From contig JBFXLE010000010.1 in assembly GCA_050173015.1 (NCBI GenBank), positions 53,722 through 117,721 of the forward strand: a stretch of 64,000 nt of DNA, given 5' to 3'. The DNA comes from Calditrichaceae bacterium (GTDB lineage Bacteria; Calditrichota; Calditrichia; Calditrichales; JBFXGD01). Below, one piece after another: positions 59,704 through 64,000 of this stretch. Each line of letters opens with the position of its first letter. The first letter of the stretch is position 1. The notes under the pieces are model-generated. The model was not told the origin of the DNA and did not search any database. It worked only from the letters and a program-made list of their open reading frames with translations. A program made the position numbers and the translations under genes.

Positions 59704-61131
59704 ATGTCGAGACTTCCTCTGATTATAACGCTTTCATTGATACTTTCCACGGTTTTAGCGGCCTCAAATGACAATTGGCAAAACGCCGTCAGGAAAATAC
59801 AGGATAAAATTGTTCTTGTTGAGTATTTTGAACAAATTTCCACATCAGAAGCCATTATTGATAAAAGCCGTATGAAAAAACATGTCACCGGCATTCTGGT
59901 CGATGACAAGGGCTTAATAATGACCCCTTCGAGTATCTTTCGGGCAAGCCTGGAATTTAGCGATTCTCCCTCCTTTTTTACCCACTCTGAAGTACCGAAG
60001 GATATTATGGTCAAATTTTCGGGAGAAAACTATCAACCCGCTGAATTTGTCGGCAAGGATGATGATAAAGGGGTGGGATTTATCCGGCTTAAATCAAAAC
60101 CGACGCAGAGCCCGATTCAATTCAGCGAAAAAGTGAAATTGAATCTTGGAAGCCGGGTTTTGATTTTGTCCCACCTGGGCCAGTCTTATGATTACGAGAT
60201 GATAATCAATGAGTCTTTTATAAATGCCATACTGCGGAAACCTTCGGCAAAATATCTTTCCGAATACAACATCCGGAATCTCTCCGGTTTTGGGCTTGTT
60301 CTTGATGAGCGAGGCCGGGTAGCGGGAATTATTCAAGTTAAGGATTCCGCGCCTTCATCTTTTGAGTTTAACGACGGTCAGTCATCAGCGCTTTCGGAAA
60401 TTACCCCCTACTCCGTATTTAAAGATCTTATTATTGATCCTCCTGTATATAGGGAAAAAGAGACTTCCAGAAAAAAATGGCTGGGAATATATATGCAGCC
60501 CTTTACAAGGTCAATGGCAAAATATTATAATAATCCGGATGTTAAAGGTATCCTTATCAACACAGTCATGCAGGATTCGCCTGCTGAAAATGCCGGACTT
60601 TTACCTGGAGACGTGATCACTTCCATTAACAAATCCATGCTTTATGCCGAAGAAAATAATGACCTGGAATTTCTTAGAAAACTGATCAGAAACCAGACAA
60701 CGTCTCCCGTAGAGTTTATGGTCTTTCGTAACGGAAATTATATTCCTGTATCCGTTTATCTTTCGGATATACCAATCAGTCAGTTCCTCGCGGATGAAAT
60801 TTCTAATTCAACGCTTGGTTTTAGTATAAAGGAGCTAACAAAGGATATTATTCTTGCCAAACAACTTGATTTTGATACGGAAGGGGTATGGGTATCAAAG
60901 GTCGAGCGGGCCGGTTGGGCGGATATCGCGGGTATATCTGTAGGTGATCTGATTCTTAGAGTAAACGAGCAAAAAGTGAACGGTCTCGAAGAGATGAAGA
61001 ACGCGTTTGATCTGATTGAAAAAACGAAACCTCCTTATTTGAGTCTTTTTATCAAACGGGGAGCGGAAACTCAATTTTTATTTATTAAAACTAATTTTAA
61101 TCAAACCCCGGAGAAACAGGAGAAGATTTAA
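59704..61131 (+). CDS. HtrA-like PDZ protein with degenerate protease domain
   Basis: Same layout as the previous gene and two PDZ domains, but TNNHV is replaced by MTPSS and there is no GNSGG. Confidence 0.75.
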   Translation: MSRLPLIITLSLILSTVLAASNDNWQNAVRKIQDKIVLVEYFEQISTSEAIIDKSRMKKHVTGILVDDKGLIMTPSSIFRASLEFSDSPSFFTHSEVPKDIMVKFSGENYQPAEFVGKDDDKGVGFIRLKSKPTQSPIQFSEKVKLNLGSRVLILSHLGQSYDYEMIINESFINAILRKPSAKYLSEYNIRNLSGFGLVLDERGRVAGIIQVKDSAPSSFEFNDGQSSALSEITPYSVFKDLIIDPPVYREKETSRKKWLGIYMQPFTRSMAKYYNNPDVKGILINTVMQDSPAENAGLLPGDVITSINKSMLYAEENNDLEFLRKLIRNQTTSPVEFMVFRNGNYIPVSVYLSDIPISQFLADEISNSTLGFSIKELTKDIILAKQLDFDTEGVWVSKVERAGWADIAGISVGDLILRVNEQKVNGLEEMKNAFDLIEKTKPPYLSLFIKRGAETQFLFIKTNFNQTPEKQEKI

Positions 61132-61586
61132 TGGATATTTTGAAAGTGATTTTCGAAAAACAATATGAACTTAACAAGCGTATTTTAAAGGAGCGGCACG
61201 AACAGGATTATGACCAGGTGTGCGATCAGAATAATCAGGACAGCGAGACCGTCCGCCGAAGAGTTGAATGGCTCTTAAACTATAACCGGGCATTGATTCA
61301 CGAATCTATCGAAATGGAAGATTCCCTGCCCTGGAAATGGTGGAAAGATTATAGTGAAATTGACTGGGAAAACATCCGGATTGAATTGATTGATGAACTG
61401 CACTTCTGGGTAAGTAAATGCCAGTTGGTAGGACTTGATCCTCAAAAATTAGCCGAACTTTACTTAAAAAAGAATAAACTCAACCAGATTCGTCAGGATA
61501 AAGGGTACGGAAGCAATTACCAGAAATACGACGAAAACGGAATTGAAGATAATAAACGGATGGATGATTTGCTGGACGAAAAATAA
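61131..61586 (+). CDS. Dimeric (all-alpha) dUTPase
   Basis: ESIEM...PWKWWK, IELIDELHF and KNKLNQIRQDKGY. Confidence 0.85.
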   Translation: MDILKVIFEKQYELNKRILKERHEQDYDQVCDQNNQDSETVRRRVEWLLNYNRALIHESIEMEDSLPWKWWKDYSEIDWENIRIELIDELHFWVSKCQLVGLDPQKLAELYLKKNKLNQIRQDKGYGSNYQKYDENGIEDNKRMDDLLDEK

Positions 61587-61603
61587 AAATTTAGAATCCG
61601 GGC

Positions 61604-62194
61604 TTAAAGATCATTATTGTTTTCCAGTTTCTGTGAGAAATTAATCAGTGCTGTTTCCAGTATCCCCGCGATTAAAAGCAGCGGCAGTACAATTTCAATA
61701 AACAGATGTATGTATTCAGAAAACGGTATCGCCGCTATTCCTTTCATAGGGATATTCAAATTTATCAGATTGTATTGAAAGGCCATGGTGAATGATATGA
61801 ACGCCGCCGGTAACTCAAAAAGGGCAACGGGATTTAGGAGCGCTGCATAATAATAATTCCCTTCAAGCGTATCATAACTGACAACGCCGATGTTAACGCC
61901 CATCCACAGAGCAAACAGAAACGGCAAACCGGGAATGAAACCGGATAATAGGTTGATAAAGAGCGATGCTCCGTTTACCAAAAAAATAACCAAAAACAAG
62001 ATCATCAGATTCCATTTTTTCTTTACTAAATGATCCAGCTTTGAAACAAGCCAACGGGGATAAACCAGAATCCAGTTGATTTTTTTATAGCATGCGGTCG
62101 GAGCGAACGCGTATCCCGCGAAGAAAAACAACGCGCTTGTAAGAAAAATGTTAAAATTAAGCAGATCGAGTTTGTCTGTCAGATCAGTGATCAT
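61604..62194 (-). CDS. SpoIIM-like membrane protein
   Basis: IFLVN, P.ALFELPA and PLLLIAGILET motifs. Confidence 0.7.
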   Translation of the reverse strand: MITDLTDKLDLLNFNIFLTSALFFFAGYAFAPTACYKKINWILVYPRWLVSKLDHLVKKKWNLMILFLVIFLVNGASLFINLLSGFIPGLPFLFALWMGVNIGVVSYDTLEGNYYYAALLNPVALFELPAAFISFTMAFQYNLINLNIPMKGIAAIPFSEYIHLFIEIVLPLLLIAGILETALINFSQKLENNNDL

Positions 62195-62218
62195 CTGATC
62201 CTTCCTGAAATTATTATT

Positions 62219-63148
62219 TTATAAATTTTTGTATGATTTAAATCCGAACATGGGATCAGCATTTTTGACCGCTTCAAGGATCGCGATTTCCACAGCCTCC
62301 ACCGTCATCGATGAGACGACATCAATATCAGCCTCTTTTTCCGGTTTTGCCAAAACAAACGTTACATCGCCGTCATAACTCGTGTGCGCCGGATCAATCC
62401 GACGGGCAATTCCGTTATGAGCGCGGTCCGCAAGATAGTGCGCCTGCTGCTTGGAGACCGCCGCGTTTGTCATTACCGCGCATAATACGGTGTTTTCCAC
62501 CAACCCCACATCGGGTTTACCCCATCGTATATGAGGATTGTCATTTGCGATAAACCGGTTATTGACATCAATCGCCCCCGCCAGAATTTTGCCGTTTTTA
62601 TCAATGACATCTCCCACGGCGTTCACTACCGCGATCACAGCCACTTTTAACACGCCATGAGTAATTTGGCTGATCCCGAGCCCTCCCTTCATCGCGCGCT
62701 CAATACCGCTCCATTTCCCTACGGTGGCGCCGGTTCCGGCGCCGATACTGCCCATCATCCGATTATTATATTCGGCTTTTTCCGCCGCGAGCCGGGCGTC
62801 AACGGCAGTGGGACGTACTTTCGCGTCCCCGATATTTAGATCAAATATCACAGCCGCCGGGACAATCGGTACAATAGCATAGTGAGTTTTATAACCGATA
62901 TTCCGTTCTTCCAGATATTCAACTACCCCTTGCGCCGCGTTTAATCCGAACGCGCTGCCTCCGGTAAGCAGCAGCGCCTGAATACCGCTGATTTTACGTT
63001 TCGGCGAAAGCAACTCCAGTTCCCTGGTACCCGGTGACGCGCCCCGAACCGAAGCGGAAGCGACTACATCATCCGGCGGCAGAATTACCGTGCAGCCGGT
63101 GGCGCTATCAGAATTGGTGTAATGTCCGATTTTAAACTGCGACAACAT
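62219..63148 (-). CDS. P1/DmpA family aminopeptidase (S58)
   Basis: IGHYT...TGCTV, VRGASPGTRE, LTGGSAFGL, GAGTGATVG, ENTVL and HTSYDGD. Confidence 0.92.
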   Translation of the reverse strand: MLSQFKIGHYTNSDSATGCTVILPPDDVVASASVRGASPGTRELELLSPKRKISGIQALLLTGGSAFGLNAAQGVVEYLEERNIGYKTHYAIVPIVPAAVIFDLNIGDAKVRPTAVDARLAAEKAEYNNRMMGSIGAGTGATVGKWSGIERAMKGGLGISQITHGVLKVAVIAVVNAVGDVIDKNGKILAGAIDVNNRFIANDNPHIRWGKPDVGLVENTVLCAVMTNAAVSKQQAHYLADRAHNGIARRIDPAHTSYDGDVTFVLAKPEKEADIDVVSSMTVEAVEIAILEAVKNADPMFGFKSYKNL

Positions 63149-63421
63149 ACATGACTCCGTTACATATTTGTATTTCGTTAGAAATGAATCGTTTTCACGC
63201 GGCCTCTCTTAAATTATCTTTAATAGAGATGAATGTCAAAATAATTCCTTCTTGTTTTTTTGTGAAAAATTTTGCATTTTTGCTTAATCATTTGAAATAT
63301 GCCTCGAATATAGAATATGATTGATTCTCCGGAATCAAAAGTACGATTTAATAGAACGAGATAATAAAGCATTTTTTGTGTATTAAAAATACAGTCAAAT
63401 TAAGTTTCCGGTAAACAAATT

Positions 63422-63820
63422 GTGATGAAACGGATTTTAGTTATTGACGATGAGCCTCAGGTACGGGAAGTACTTGAAGAGTTCTTAACGTTTAAAGGCT
63501 ATGACGTGATTCTCGCTCCGGACGGTGAAAGCGGCTATGAGCGCTTTCTTGAATCCATGCCCGACGCGGCCGTAGTGGATGTTGAAATGCCCGTGATGAA
63601 CGGACTTCAATTTGCCGGTTCCGTATTGAGGCAAAATATAAAATTTCCGATCATCATCATAACCGCGTTCCTGGAAAAATATTCTCAGGCGGATATCATT
63701 AAATTAGGCGTCAAAGAAGTTCTGCAAAAACCGTTAAATTTAAATGATTTATACAATAGACTGCAAAGAGTATTATCAACACTTGCCTGTTTCATTATGT
63801 CTTTATATACTTACTTATAG
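63422..63820 (+). CDS. Single-domain response regulator
   Basis: ILVIDDE, DVEMPVMNG, ITA and KP. Confidence 0.88.
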   Translation: MMKRILVIDDEPQVREVLEEFLTFKGYDVILAPDGESGYERFLESMPDAAVVDVEMPVMNGLQFAGSVLRQNIKFPIIIITAFLEKYSQADIIKLGVKEVLQKPLNLNDLYNRLQRVLSTLACFIMSLYTYL

Positions 63821-64000
63821 ATTTTGAATCTATCATTCTACGATCAAATTTTCAGTAATTCATTCTGCCGATTAAAGGAGACGACATGAATATATAGTCG
63901 GTTGAAATTCACCGCTCAGATTATTAACTATCTGGGTAGAGTGGAAAAAGGCTTAAGGCTGTATCATTAGCATGGGGCATTGATCCCGAAAAGGAGACTG

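Noticed and set aside
63874-64000. AAGGAG followed by ATG at 63886
   Set aside because: It reads only M-N-I-stop. A second AAGGAG at the window edge suggests the real gene starts beyond the window.

Overview
A 64-kb bacterial chromosomal window, most likely from an FCB-group organism such as Calditrichota/KSB1. This assignment is inferred from Bacteroidota-type sdhCAB, S46/S9/C1 peptidases, an S8 protease with a NYPNPFNP-type C-terminal domain and FadL-type barrels. Most of the window is housekeeping, envelope and proteolysis genes: a UvrD-DnaQ fusion, holC, MATE, a Sua5/YrdC protein, DPP-IV, sdhCAB, Mla/MCE and other ABC transporters, an HtrA pair, a dimeric dUTPase, DmpA and tRNA-Val. Four parts stand out. 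(1) An EGKCG-repeat RiPP precursor with DUF692 MNIO and DUF2063 partner (oxazolin/HvfABC-like), 6.3-8.5 kb. (2) A sigma-54 two-component module whose kinase has an FG-GAP/CRTAC1-like extracellular sensor. A shared TGTAAAC-N3-GTTTACA box links it to a lipoprotein-FadL operon and to a divergent S8 protease, which is preceded by a free-standing lipoprotein resembling the protease's own propeptide (20.4-30.9 kb). (3) A mosaic accessory stretch (31-39.2 kb) with an IS21 remnant, REP-like hairpins, an attC-like site, a 1.35-kb modular non-coding repeat array and G-rich 20/21-bp repeats. It also holds a 96-nt tRNA-like gene with an abnormally elongated anticodon arm, directly upstream of a truncated beta-CASP-type nuclease. 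(4) A bacterial choline/carnitine acyltransferase-fold gene that appears to lack the catalytic His, next to tRNA-Val. All calls come from reading motifs by eye; no database searches were run.
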